Assembly: GCA_035407925.1 (NCBI GenBank)
Contig: DAOOBP010000002.1
Span: forward strand, 3,010-67,009
Length of the DNA: 64,000 nucleotides
DNA from: Salinivirgaceae bacterium
GTDB taxonomy: Bacteria; Bacteroidota; Bacteroidia; Bacteroidales; Salinivirgaceae
Direction of reading: 5' to 3'
Below are positions 50,401 to 58,233 of the stretch, piece by piece (positions within the stretch are counted from its first letter, which is position 1; every line of letters begins with the position of its first letter). The notes under the pieces are model-generated. The model saw only the letters and a list, made by a program, of their open reading frames with translations, was not told the origin of the DNA and searched no databases. A program made the position numbers and the translations under genes.

Positions 50401-50531
50401 AATACCGATTGGACAGCTACAATAGTCCAAACTTCGCTGTCGCTCTTTTGGACTATGTATCTGTATCATCGGTATTTATCATTGTAAAATTTTAAAAAGA
50501 TTGGACTATTTTAAAATTACAATTGGTATAA
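50401..50531 (+). repeat. Cleanest full-length copy of structured repeat family R1
   Basis: aataccgattggacagctacaatagtccaaa..ttggactatgtatctgtatcatcggtattta..gattggactattttaaaattacaattggtata. Internal complementarity: ataccgat/atcggtat and ttggac/gtccaa. Termini are imperfectly inverted (ATACCGATTG vs CAATTGGTAT). Confidence 0.7.
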
Positions 50532-50639
50532 CATATCGTGGTATGGTCATTGTCATTTAGATTAAAATGTACTTTTTAATCTAAAACGTAGGAAAAGTTT
50601 AATTCCCATGTCTAAGATATAAAAACCGAATTTAAACTA

Positions 50640-51197
50640 ATGTCCGAAGAAAAATTAATAGAAAAGATACTTTCTGGTGATAAAGAGGCATTTCGCTTGC
50701 TGATGGAAAAATACCAACAACAAGTGTTTCACGTGGCAATCGGTTTTGTTCACTCACGGCAGGACGCGGAGGATATTACACAAGAGGTTTTTATTCGGGT
50801 CTATCGCTCACTGAGTTCATTTAAGGAGAAATCGCTTTTTTCCACGTGGCTATATCGCATTACGCTAAATACTTCCATTAACTATATTAACAAAAACAAA
50901 AGGCGGAATTTACTTACTAACGCCAGCAATAGCCTGATGAGTTTGCTAAACAAAAGCAACGAGGAAAAAGACGCTCATCAGCAACTTGAAGCTACAGAGA
51001 TAGAAAAAAGCATACAAAATGCTATCGACGGATTGCCCGAAAAACAACGTAAAGCCTTTATATTGAGCAAATACGAAGATTTGTCACAACGAGAAATTGC
51101 CGAAATAATGCAAACCTCTGAAGGGGCTGTAGAGCAACTCTTGGTGCGCGCAAAAAAAAGTTTGCAAAAAAAATTGGCTTATCTCGTAGGAAAATAA
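50640..51197 (+). CDS. ECF-type RNA polymerase sigma-70 family factor
   Basis: 185 aa. Region 2 is DAEDITQEVFIRVY..FSTWLYRITLN. Region 4 is LSQREIAEIMQTSEGAVEQLLVRAKKSL. Confidence 0.9.
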   Translation: MSEEKLIEKILSGDKEAFRLLMEKYQQQVFHVAIGFVHSRQDAEDITQEVFIRVYRSLSSFKEKSLFSTWLYRITLNTSINYINKNKRRNLLTNASNSLMSLLNKSNEEKDAHQQLEATEIEKSIQNAIDGLPEKQRKAFILSKYEDLSQREIAEIMQTSEGAVEQLLVRAKKSLQKKLAYLVGK

Positions 51198-51231
51198 AAA
51201 ATTAATTGTCTAATGATATAAAAGACGAAAG

Positions 51232-51549
51232 TTGAAAAATTATAAAAATATGAAAATCGATAATTACATAGATGATTTTATTCGCAAAGAGAAAGAGGAA
51301 CAAGTCAACCCATATCTTGCAACACGAGTATTAGCAAAGTTAGAGGAAAACAATGAAGCCGTAGTTATTGGAACAATAGCTCCGATATGGAAAAAATTGG
51401 CAGTTGCCGCCAGCTTTGCTTTAGTAATTGCAGTAGGTTTTGGATTGGGAAGTATGGTAAAAGGCGATAAAGAGTACATATCTATAAATATTAACGACTC
51501 ACAACTTGAAAATCTAAACCTTTATACAATGATTGACTATGACGAATAA
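51232..51549 (+). CDS. small single-pass membrane protein, putative anti-sigma factor
   Basis: Directly downstream of the ECF sigma gene. One TM helix (LAVAASFALVIAVGFGLG). The probable ATG start is at 51250. Confidence 0.45.
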   Translation: MKNYKNMKIDNYIDDFIRKEKEEQVNPYLATRVLAKLEENNEAVVIGTIAPIWKKLAVAASFALVIAVGFGLGSMVKGDKEYISININDSQLENLNLYTMIDYDE

Positions 51550-52090
51550 AAACAAAATATTAGTTAGGATTATCGTCTTACTTGCGATACTAAACTTGAC
51601 GACAATCATCTCCATCCTACATCATAGATATAAAGATAAGCAAGCTACTGAAACCGTGATTGTCACAGGAGAAGGACAAAATCCACTTAGCGGAAGGTTC
51701 TTTATGCAGGAGGTGGGATTTGACGACGAACAAATGGAACAATTCAGGCAAATAAACCGAAAATTTAAGCCAAAATCTAATCAAATAATTTTGCAAATGG
51801 ACAGTATTAAAGTGTTGATATTTGATGAGTTAAACAAACAAAATGTCGATACAACAAGACTAAAACAACTAAACACAAGATTTGGAGAATTACACGCAGA
51901 GCTTAAAGATGAAACCAACAACTTTTACCTAAAATTAAAAGAAATTTCAAACACAGAGCAAACAGAAAAACTAAAAAACGCCTTTAAACCACTCTTCTAT
52001 AAGGACAATGCTATTCACAGAGGCAGAGGAAGTTTCGGCAGACAAAATCAATTTTATAAAAGAGAAATTCAAAATAAAAACAACAATTAA
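51533..52090 (+). CDS. Spy/CpxP-like (LTXXQ-type) periplasmic protein
   Basis: 185 aa with an N-terminal anchor. Helical repeats with FDDEQMEQFRQI and NTEQTEKLKNAF resemble LTxxQ motifs. 17-nt overlap with the upstream gene. Confidence 0.5.
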   Translation: MTMTNKNKILVRIIVLLAILNLTTIISILHHRYKDKQATETVIVTGEGQNPLSGRFFMQEVGFDDEQMEQFRQINRKFKPKSNQIILQMDSIKVLIFDELNKQNVDTTRLKQLNTRFGELHAELKDETNNFYLKLKEISNTEQTEKLKNAFKPLFYKDNAIHRGRGSFGRQNQFYKREIQNKNNN

Positions 52091-52104
52091 AAAAGAAGAC
52101 AACA

Positions 52105-52524
52105 ATGAAAACAACAGTAATTACAATTGCACTTGCAATGATGACCGCAGTAGCTTTCGGAAAAGAGGATCAACCTACAAAAGCTAACGAAAAAGTTCAG
52201 ACAGAAAAAAGAGTTCAAACAGAGAACAAAGCTCAAACTCAAAGAGGTCCAAATTTCGTTGATAAAAACAACAATGGAATATGCGATAATTTTGAAGATG
52301 GAACTCGCCCTGGACGTGGTCAGGGAAGAAACGCCAAAGGAGGGAATGCCAAAGGAAGATTCTTTGTGGATAAAGATAACGACGGCATTTGCGACAACTA
52401 CCAAAGTGGAAATCGTCAAGGTCGAGGCAAACGATTTGGCAGAAGAGGTCAGGGACAAGGACAAGGTCCGAACTTTATAGACAAAAACAACAACGGCGTC
52501 TGTGATCATCGAGAAAATAAATAA
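52105..52524 (+). CDS. secreted Gly/Arg/Gln-rich protein with three F(V/I)DK(N/D)N(N/D)G(I/V)CD repeats
   Basis: 139 aa with signal peptide MKTTVITIALAMMTAVAFG. Repeats are FVDKNNNGICDNFEDG, FVDKDNDGICDNYQSG and FIDKNNNGVCDHREN, separated by GRGQG-type linkers. D-x-N/D-x-D-G resembles EF-hand / thrombospondin type 3 calcium loops. Confidence 0.7.
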   Translation: MKTTVITIALAMMTAVAFGKEDQPTKANEKVQTEKRVQTENKAQTQRGPNFVDKNNNGICDNFEDGTRPGRGQGRNAKGGNAKGRFFVDKDNDGICDNYQSGNRQGRGKRFGRRGQGQGQGPNFIDKNNNGVCDHRENK

Positions 52525-52544
52525 CAGCGCTCAGATACAGTAAG

Positions 52545-52572
52545 TTAGGGGACAGTTCGTCCCCTAATTTTT
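52545..52572 (+). terminator. intrinsic terminator after the ECF module
   Basis: Perfect 9-bp stem ttaggggac / gtcccctaa, 5-nt loop, followed by TTTTT. Confidence 0.75.
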
Positions 52573-52599
52573 ACTAAAACGACACAAACAAAAAGCACA

Positions 52600-53217
52600 A
52601 TGACAAAAAGTATAAACTTTTTCTTGAAAGCAGGTTTAATAATTTTATTGACAATTAATTCCATTGCTGGATTTTCTTATAATACTACTGAACTCACAGC
52701 TTCTGAAAAAGAGGGGATTCTACTAATGCGTGAAGAAGAGAAACTGGCTCACGATGTGTATAGTTTTTTCGCCGAAAAATATGATATCCCGATTTTTAGA
52801 AATATCAAACAAAGCGAAGTAAGGCACCAAAAATCAATGATTTGGCTAATGGAAAAGTACAACATTGCAGATCCTTCATTTGAGGAGCAAGGGAAATTTC
52901 ATAACAAGGAACTACAAAAACTGTACGATAAGTTGACAGCGCAAGGGAACACACTTATTGAAGCCTTGAAGATAGGCGCTTACATAGAAGATTTGGATAT
53001 TTTTGACTTAAAAAAACTAATAAAAGAGACTGACAATAAGGACATTCTACAGGTTTACAACAGGTTATTGTGGGGATCCGAAAATCATTTCAAAGCTTTT
53101 ACACGTAATCTTTCAAGCAGGGGCGTTGAATATAAGCCTCAGTTTTTAACAAAGGCAGAGATGAACATAATTTTAAACAAAATGGCAAAAAAAAATAGAA
53201 TTAGAAACAGAAAATAA
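52600..53217 (+). CDS. DUF2202-type ferritin-like protein, secreted
   Basis: 205 aa. LTASEKEGILLMREEEKLAHDVY...NIKQSEVRHQKSMIWLMEKY matches the MREEEKLARDVY / SEQxH pattern I recall for DUF2202. Confidence 0.7.
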   Translation: MTKSINFFLKAGLIILLTINSIAGFSYNTTELTASEKEGILLMREEEKLAHDVYSFFAEKYDIPIFRNIKQSEVRHQKSMIWLMEKYNIADPSFEEQGKFHNKELQKLYDKLTAQGNTLIEALKIGAYIEDLDIFDLKKLIKETDNKDILQVYNRLLWGSENHFKAFTRNLSSRGVEYKPQFLTKAEMNIILNKMAKKNRIRNRK

Positions 53218-53289
53218 AAAACAGCACACAATTTGTTTAATACTTTCTGTTGATATTACAAATTCTATAAATTTAATACATATAATATT

Positions 53290-53535
53290 ATGAGGGTCAG
53301 AAAAAACATAGCAATTAGCGAAAACGGTTTTATCTTTAATCCGCTGACAGGCGATAGTTTCAGTGTAAACGAAACAGGCGTTTTCATTCTCCAAAAATTA
53401 AAAGATGGCGAAAATGAAGAAACAATTATCCGGAATTTGATGGATGAATACGAATTAGACGCTTCTACTGCTGAAAAAGATTTTAATGATTTCTTATCCT
53501 TGCTGAAAAGCTTTCAATTGGTTACCAATGAATAA
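53290..53535 (+). CDS. PqqD-family protein (RiPP-recognition-element fold), stand-alone
   Basis: 81 aa. ENGFIFNPLTGDSFSVNETGVFILQKLKDGENEETIIRNLMDEYELDASTAEKDFNDFLSLL follows the PqqD pattern (..N..TG....LN.TG..I...L.DG.S.EEI...L...Y.VD...A..D...F...L). It ends ...QLVTNE. 8-nt overlap with the next gene. Confidence 0.8.
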   Translation: MRVRKNIAISENGFIFNPLTGDSFSVNETGVFILQKLKDGENEETIIRNLMDEYELDASTAEKDFNDFLSLLKSFQLVTNE

Positions 53536-54577
53536 GAGAAAAATTACTGTAGCAGTTACCGGACTGAATAACATCGACAGTCCTGGACCGGGTATCCCCG
53601 TTATTCGAGGATTGAAAGAGAGTGAAACCTTAGACGTTCGCATCGTAGGCTTATCATATGAGACTCTCGAACCCGGAATTTATATGCACAACTTGGTTGA
53701 CAAAGTCTATCAGTTGCCCCTACCAACAGCTGGTTCAGCCGTGCTAAAAGAGAGACTAAGATACATCGCAAGTCAGGAGAAAATAGATGTGTTGATACCC
53801 AATTTTGATGCTGAATTACACAATTTCATCAAAATTCAGGACGATCTAAAGTCGGAATTAAATATTGCCACATTTCTGCCATCACAAGCTATCTTCGATG
53901 AACGACAGAAGTCTGAATTAGGCAAATTTGGCGAAAAATACGGCATAAAAGTTCCTGAAAGCCACATGATTAATCAGGTGTTGGAAATCAGAAAATTGGA
54001 AGGGAGCATGAATTATCCCTTGGTTATAAAGGGGCGTTATTACGATGCCTACATTGCTTTGTCATACGAGCAGGCAAGTTCGTTTTTTTACAAAGTTGTG
54101 GCAAAATGGGGTTATCCTGTTATTGTTCAGGAGTTTGTAACAGGTACAGAGGTAAACGTTACTGCTCTCGGCGACGGCAAAGGTAGTTGTATAGGCGCTG
54201 TGGCTATGAGAAAATTGTATATCACAGACAAAGGGAAGGCGTGGTCGGGTATTTCGTTAGAAGATGACGAACTGATGGCGATTTCCCGAAGAGTAATTGA
54301 AAACAGCAAGTGGCGCGGAGGCTGCGAGCTGGAGTTTATAAAAACTAAAAAAGATGAGTACTACCTACTCGAAATGAACCCACGTTTCCCAGCTTGGGTC
54401 TATCTTGCAAATGGCTGTGGGCAAAATCACCCCGAAGCGCTTGTAAAAATGGCTCTCGGCGAAGAAGTTAAACCTTTTACCGATTATCAGAGCGGTAAAA
54501 TGTTTATTCGCTATTCTTATGACCAAATTGTGGATATATCAGAGTTTCAGCAGATTTCTACAATGGGTGAAAGATAA
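53528..54577 (+). CDS. ATP-grasp ligase
   Basis: 349 aa. YPLVIKGRYYDAY, VQEFVTGTEVNVTAL and LLEMNPRFPAWV are the canonical ATP-grasp K-loop, E-x-(F/Y)-x-x-G-x-E and E-x-N-P-R blocks. Confidence 0.8.
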   Translation: MNKRKITVAVTGLNNIDSPGPGIPVIRGLKESETLDVRIVGLSYETLEPGIYMHNLVDKVYQLPLPTAGSAVLKERLRYIASQEKIDVLIPNFDAELHNFIKIQDDLKSELNIATFLPSQAIFDERQKSELGKFGEKYGIKVPESHMINQVLEIRKLEGSMNYPLVIKGRYYDAYIALSYEQASSFFYKVVAKWGYPVIVQEFVTGTEVNVTALGDGKGSCIGAVAMRKLYITDKGKAWSGISLEDDELMAISRRVIENSKWRGGCELEFIKTKKDEYYLLEMNPRFPAWVYLANGCGQNHPEALVKMALGEEVKPFTDYQSGKMFIRYSYDQIVDISEFQQISTMGER

Positions 54578-54580
54578 ATT

Positions 54581-54681
54581 CAATTAGCAATGCTTGCATT
54601 GAACTTGTCGAAGTGAACAATTATACCTTATTGAAAATAAGCCTACTAAATTATTATTTCTAATTTCTAACTTCTAATTTT
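54581..54681 (+). repeat. Copy of intergenic repeat family R2, inside the operon
   Basis: caattagcaatgcttgcattgaacttgtcgaagtgaacaatt...ttatttctaatttctaacttctaatttt. Same architecture as 38174-38285. Confidence 0.6.
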
Positions 54682-54683
54682 AT

Positions 54684-56030
54684 ATGAAACCAAATTACGA
54701 AAGTCCAGTAATTAATAAATTAAGTGCCGGAATGATGAACAAATTCGGCAGCAGAACAGAATATACACCTGTAAAATTCATTGATAATGTGGCAGTTGCC
54801 GATTTAATGGACAAATATGGCTCGCCCCTATTCGTTATCAGCGAAAAAACTATCCGACAAAATTACCAAAAAGCATTGAAAGCTTTTAAAATGCGTTATC
54901 CTAAAGTGCAGTTTGCATGGAGCTACAAAACAAATTATTTAGATGCAGTTTGTAAGGTTTTCCATCAAGAAGGCAGCTGGGCGGAAGTTGTTTCAGGTTT
55001 TGAGTACCAGAAAGCTGTTCGCAACGGTGTTCCCGGAAATCTCATTATTTTCAACGGACCAGATAAATCCAAAGAGGATTTAATTATGGCAATTAAAAAC
55101 CGCTCGCTTATTCATATCGATCATTTTGATGAGCTATATATGCTTATTGAAATTTTGGAAGATATGGAAGAGACAAAAGCACGTGTAGCAATTCGCGTAA
55201 ACATGGACACTGGCGTATATCCACAGTGGGACAGGTTTGGCTTTAACTACGAAAACGGTCAAGCATGGAATGCGATTGTAAAAATTATTGCACAAGAGAA
55301 ACTGCAATTTGAGGGTCTCCATTGTCATATTGGAACATATATGCTAACAGCAAACGCTTATGCAGTAGCTGCCCGGAAAATGTGCGAACTTGCTTTAGCT
55401 TATTCCAACACAACTGGAAGAAATTTAAAATATATCGATATGGGTGGTGGATTTTGCTCATCGAACACGCTAAAAGGCTCTTATTTACAGGGAGCTGACA
55501 TTATCCCCACTTTTGATGACTACGCCGAAGCAATTACTAGTACCATTCTGCAATTTGGTTTTCGTCCCGATGAGCTACCACTGCTGATTTTGGAAACAGG
55601 GCGAGCGCTGATTGACGAAGCTGGTTATCTGTTAGGAACGGTTTTAGCTACAAAACGTCTAGCCGATGGTCGTAGAGCTACTGTACTTGATACAGGAGTA
55701 AATATAATGTTTACATCGTTCTGGTATAATCACCGTGTATCGCCGGCTCAGGATTTTACACAACATGCTGAGGATACTACACTTTACGGTCCGTTATGTA
55801 TGAATATCGACTGTCTGCGTGAAAGTGTAGTTTTGCCACTTCTAAAAAAGGGAGACCGTATTGTTATTCATGAAGTTGGAGCATACAATATGACACAATG
55901 GATGCAGTTTATCACTCTGAGACCTAACGTGGTAATGATTGACACAACAGGGAATGTGCATTTAATTCGCAAGCAAGAAACAGTAAATACTATTGTGGAT
56001 TGTGAAATTGTGCCGGAACATCTAAAGTAA
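54684..56030 (+). CDS. fold-type III PLP-dependent decarboxylase (Orn/DAP/Arg decarboxylase family)
   Basis: 448 aa. FAWSYKTNY (PLP lysine), HCHIGT, IDMGGGF, LETGRALI and GPLCMNID(C) match the K / HxHxGS / DxGGG / EPGR / G..C..D blocks of the family. Confidence 0.85.
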   Translation: MKPNYESPVINKLSAGMMNKFGSRTEYTPVKFIDNVAVADLMDKYGSPLFVISEKTIRQNYQKALKAFKMRYPKVQFAWSYKTNYLDAVCKVFHQEGSWAEVVSGFEYQKAVRNGVPGNLIIFNGPDKSKEDLIMAIKNRSLIHIDHFDELYMLIEILEDMEETKARVAIRVNMDTGVYPQWDRFGFNYENGQAWNAIVKIIAQEKLQFEGLHCHIGTYMLTANAYAVAARKMCELALAYSNTTGRNLKYIDMGGGFCSSNTLKGSYLQGADIIPTFDDYAEAITSTILQFGFRPDELPLLILETGRALIDEAGYLLGTVLATKRLADGRRATVLDTGVNIMFTSFWYNHRVSPAQDFTQHAEDTTLYGPLCMNIDCLRESVVLPLLKKGDRIVIHEVGAYNMTQWMQFITLRPNVVMIDTTGNVHLIRKQETVNTIVDCEIVPEHLK

Positions 56031-56061
56031 TTTAAGATACAATAACCTCTAACATAACATA

Positions 56062-58233
56062 ATGCGAAATAGAGTCTCCCTCAAATCCATCGCTAATCTG
56101 CACCTGAAAGCAACCTACAACAGCTACGGACAGATTTTCTTTTCCATGCAGACTTGGCTTGCGGTGACAATACTGATTTTAAGCATATTGGATGTGCGAG
56201 TTGGACTTGGGGGATTGGTTGCGGTAATTATCACCAATTTACTATCTCATTTGCTTGGTTTTTCTAAAGAGAAAATAGCTACAGGTGTTTACGGTTTCAA
56301 TGCTGTTTTCCTGGGAATGAGTCTGATGTTTAAGTTTTATTTTAACTCGTCATTTTTGCTCTTTTACATTTTTGGTATAGTACTCTCATTTTTGCTGACA
56401 GTTCTGCTCGAAACAGTGCTTTCAAAAAAAGGTCTGCCAGTACTCACTTTGCCTTTTGTTATCACAAGTTTTATTATTGACTTGTCTTTCAGGAGCTTTG
56501 CTAATATTGAGCTAATTACTCCGTTTGACCGATTTACAGTTTTGTTAGCCAAGCAAATGAGTGTCCCGTGGTACGGTTTAGTGCATTCGTTAGATAATAT
56601 TCAACTTCCGCAACTTATTTACTACTACTTTAAAACGCTTGCTTCAATCTTCTTTACAGATAGTATTTTAGTTGGGATATTGATTTTTGTTGCACTACTC
56701 ATACATTCCCGCATAAAATCGACTGTTGCATTTCTCGGATTTTTTTGTGCTTTTGCAGTAAGTAAAATAGTGGGTTTTGATTTGCAACAGCTTACCACCA
56801 ACCTTGCAGGAACAAACTTTATTTTCTGGGGTATAGCTATTGGAAGTTTTTTCATTATTCCTAATATTTACAGCTATCTGCTTGTGGCAGGGCTTACACC
56901 TGTTCTTTTCCTTCTGTATGCCAGTATCGAAAAGATAATCGCAGGGACAGGATTGTCTTCATACACATTGGCTTTCAGCTTGTTAGCCATAGTGTTGATT
57001 TATGTGTTTATCCATCGCACATTAAATAAGTATTTTATATTTCCGGTGATACAGTACTACAATCCCGAAAAGACGGTGTACAAAAGTGTGAATTTTTTAC
57101 AACGTTTTGGAAACGATTTGCCATTTAAAATGAAACTTCCATTTTTGGGTGAATGGACTGTAAGTCAAGGATATAATGGAAAAATCACCCACTTGGGCGA
57201 ATGGGGGAGTGCACTCGATTTTGTAATAACCGATGATGATAAAAGAACCTACTCATTCCCTGGAACAAAAAAAGATAATTTTTACTGTTATAATAAGCCT
57301 GTACTGGCTCCGGCTGATGGTTATGTATATCAAATCAGCAATATTACCGAGGACAACGAAATAAATGACGTAAATACTAATAAAAATTGGGGTAACACAA
57401 TTATTATCAATCACTTAAATGGACTTTACACACAGATCAGTCATTTGAAAAAAGATAGTTTTAAAGTCAATATCGGAGATTATATAACCAAGGGGACTGT
57501 AATTGCATCGTGTGGAAATTCTGGTCGTTCACCCGAGCCACACCTACACTTTCAAATACAGTTAAGCCCCGAAATTGGAGCGAAAACGCACCCCTATCCT
57601 TTCGGTTACTATTTTGAAAAAACTAATGGTAAACCAATTTTACGAATTGGAGAAGTACCAACCGAAAATTCCATTATTTACAATGTGAATAATTTGGATT
57701 TGATATACACCGCTTTCAACTTTAAGCCTGGTAAAGATCTGAACGTCAACTGTAACGGCGACAAATTAAGTTGGACAGTTGCAACTAATGCGTACAATCA
57801 AAGTTATATTTTCTGCGAAAAATCAAAGTCAACTGCATACTTTGTTAATGACGGCGCTATGTTTTACTTCACCGACTTTGAAGGGCGCAAAAACTCGGCG
57901 CTTTACACGTTTTATCGCAGTTGCTTTAGACTTTTGCTTGCGGGAGAACGAGGCATTGAAGTTAAAGACAGTATTCCTATATCAAAAGAGTTGCCACCCT
58001 CTCTCAAATGGCTACAGGACTTTATTGCCCCGATAATTTTGCTCAGTCGGGTAAATTATTCATCAAAATTAAACTATATGGACAATCCGTATTATCCAGA
58101 AAATGTAGAGTTTGTAAACCTAGTTGAAGTTAAATCCTTCTGGAAAAAAGAACTACCTACAGAATACTCAGTAGCAATATCACATTCAAAAATTGAAATC
58201 AAATCGAAGAGTCAGAGTTTATGTATCGAATAG
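56062..58233 (+). CDS. fusion: urea-transporter-like polytopic membrane domain + M23 metallopeptidase domain + ~200-aa uncharacterised C-terminal region
   Basis: 723 aa. N-terminal part: YNSYGQIFFS, GVYGFNAVFLGMSL and about 10 TM helices (UT-family pattern). Residues ~350-520: SALDFV..., PVLAPADGYV, GNTIIINHLNGLYTQISHL, GNSGRSPEPHLHFQ (M23 H-x-x-x-D / H-x-H). Confidence 0.75.
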   Translation: MRNRVSLKSIANLHLKATYNSYGQIFFSMQTWLAVTILILSILDVRVGLGGLVAVIITNLLSHLLGFSKEKIATGVYGFNAVFLGMSLMFKFYFNSSFLLFYIFGIVLSFLLTVLLETVLSKKGLPVLTLPFVITSFIIDLSFRSFANIELITPFDRFTVLLAKQMSVPWYGLVHSLDNIQLPQLIYYYFKTLASIFFTDSILVGILIFVALLIHSRIKSTVAFLGFFCAFAVSKIVGFDLQQLTTNLAGTNFIFWGIAIGSFFIIPNIYSYLLVAGLTPVLFLLYASIEKIIAGTGLSSYTLAFSLLAIVLIYVFIHRTLNKYFIFPVIQYYNPEKTVYKSVNFLQRFGNDLPFKMKLPFLGEWTVSQGYNGKITHLGEWGSALDFVITDDDKRTYSFPGTKKDNFYCYNKPVLAPADGYVYQISNITEDNEINDVNTNKNWGNTIIINHLNGLYTQISHLKKDSFKVNIGDYITKGTVIASCGNSGRSPEPHLHFQIQLSPEIGAKTHPYPFGYYFEKTNGKPILRIGEVPTENSIIYNVNNLDLIYTAFNFKPGKDLNVNCNGDKLSWTVATNAYNQSYIFCEKSKSTAYFVNDGAMFYFTDFEGRKNSALYTFYRSCFRLLLAGERGIEVKDSIPISKELPPSLKWLQDFIAPIILLSRVNYSSKLNYMDNPYYPENVEFVNLVEVKSFWKKELPTEYSVAISHSKIEIKSKSQSLCIE

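Noticed and set aside
52087-52509. 140-aa minus-strand ORF exactly antisense to the secreted repeat protein
   Set aside because: It is a shadow ORF created by the repetitive, codon-biased GA-rich sequence. It has no start context or signal, and its Ser/Val/Phe-rich low-complexity translation carries no motif. The plus-strand ORF has a signal peptide, a triple motif and a downstream terminator.
52105-52524. Idea that the three-repeat mini-protein is a multi-core graspetide-type precursor for the nearby ATP-grasp ligase
   Set aside because: It carries a Sec signal peptide, which is unusual for cytoplasmically modified RiPP precursors. It is separated from the ligase by a strong terminator and by the DUF2202 gene. 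Its repeat looks like a Ca-binding loop rather than a Thr/Ser/Lys...Asp/Glu core. I kept it only as a remote possibility.
54640-54683. Periodic ttctaatttctaacttctaatttt (also at 38240-38285) as a possible CRISPR or tandem-repeat array
   Set aside because: There are only 3-4 degenerate ~7-9-nt units and no spacers. It is part of the R2 intergenic repeat. I saw no CRISPR-like array anywhere in the window.
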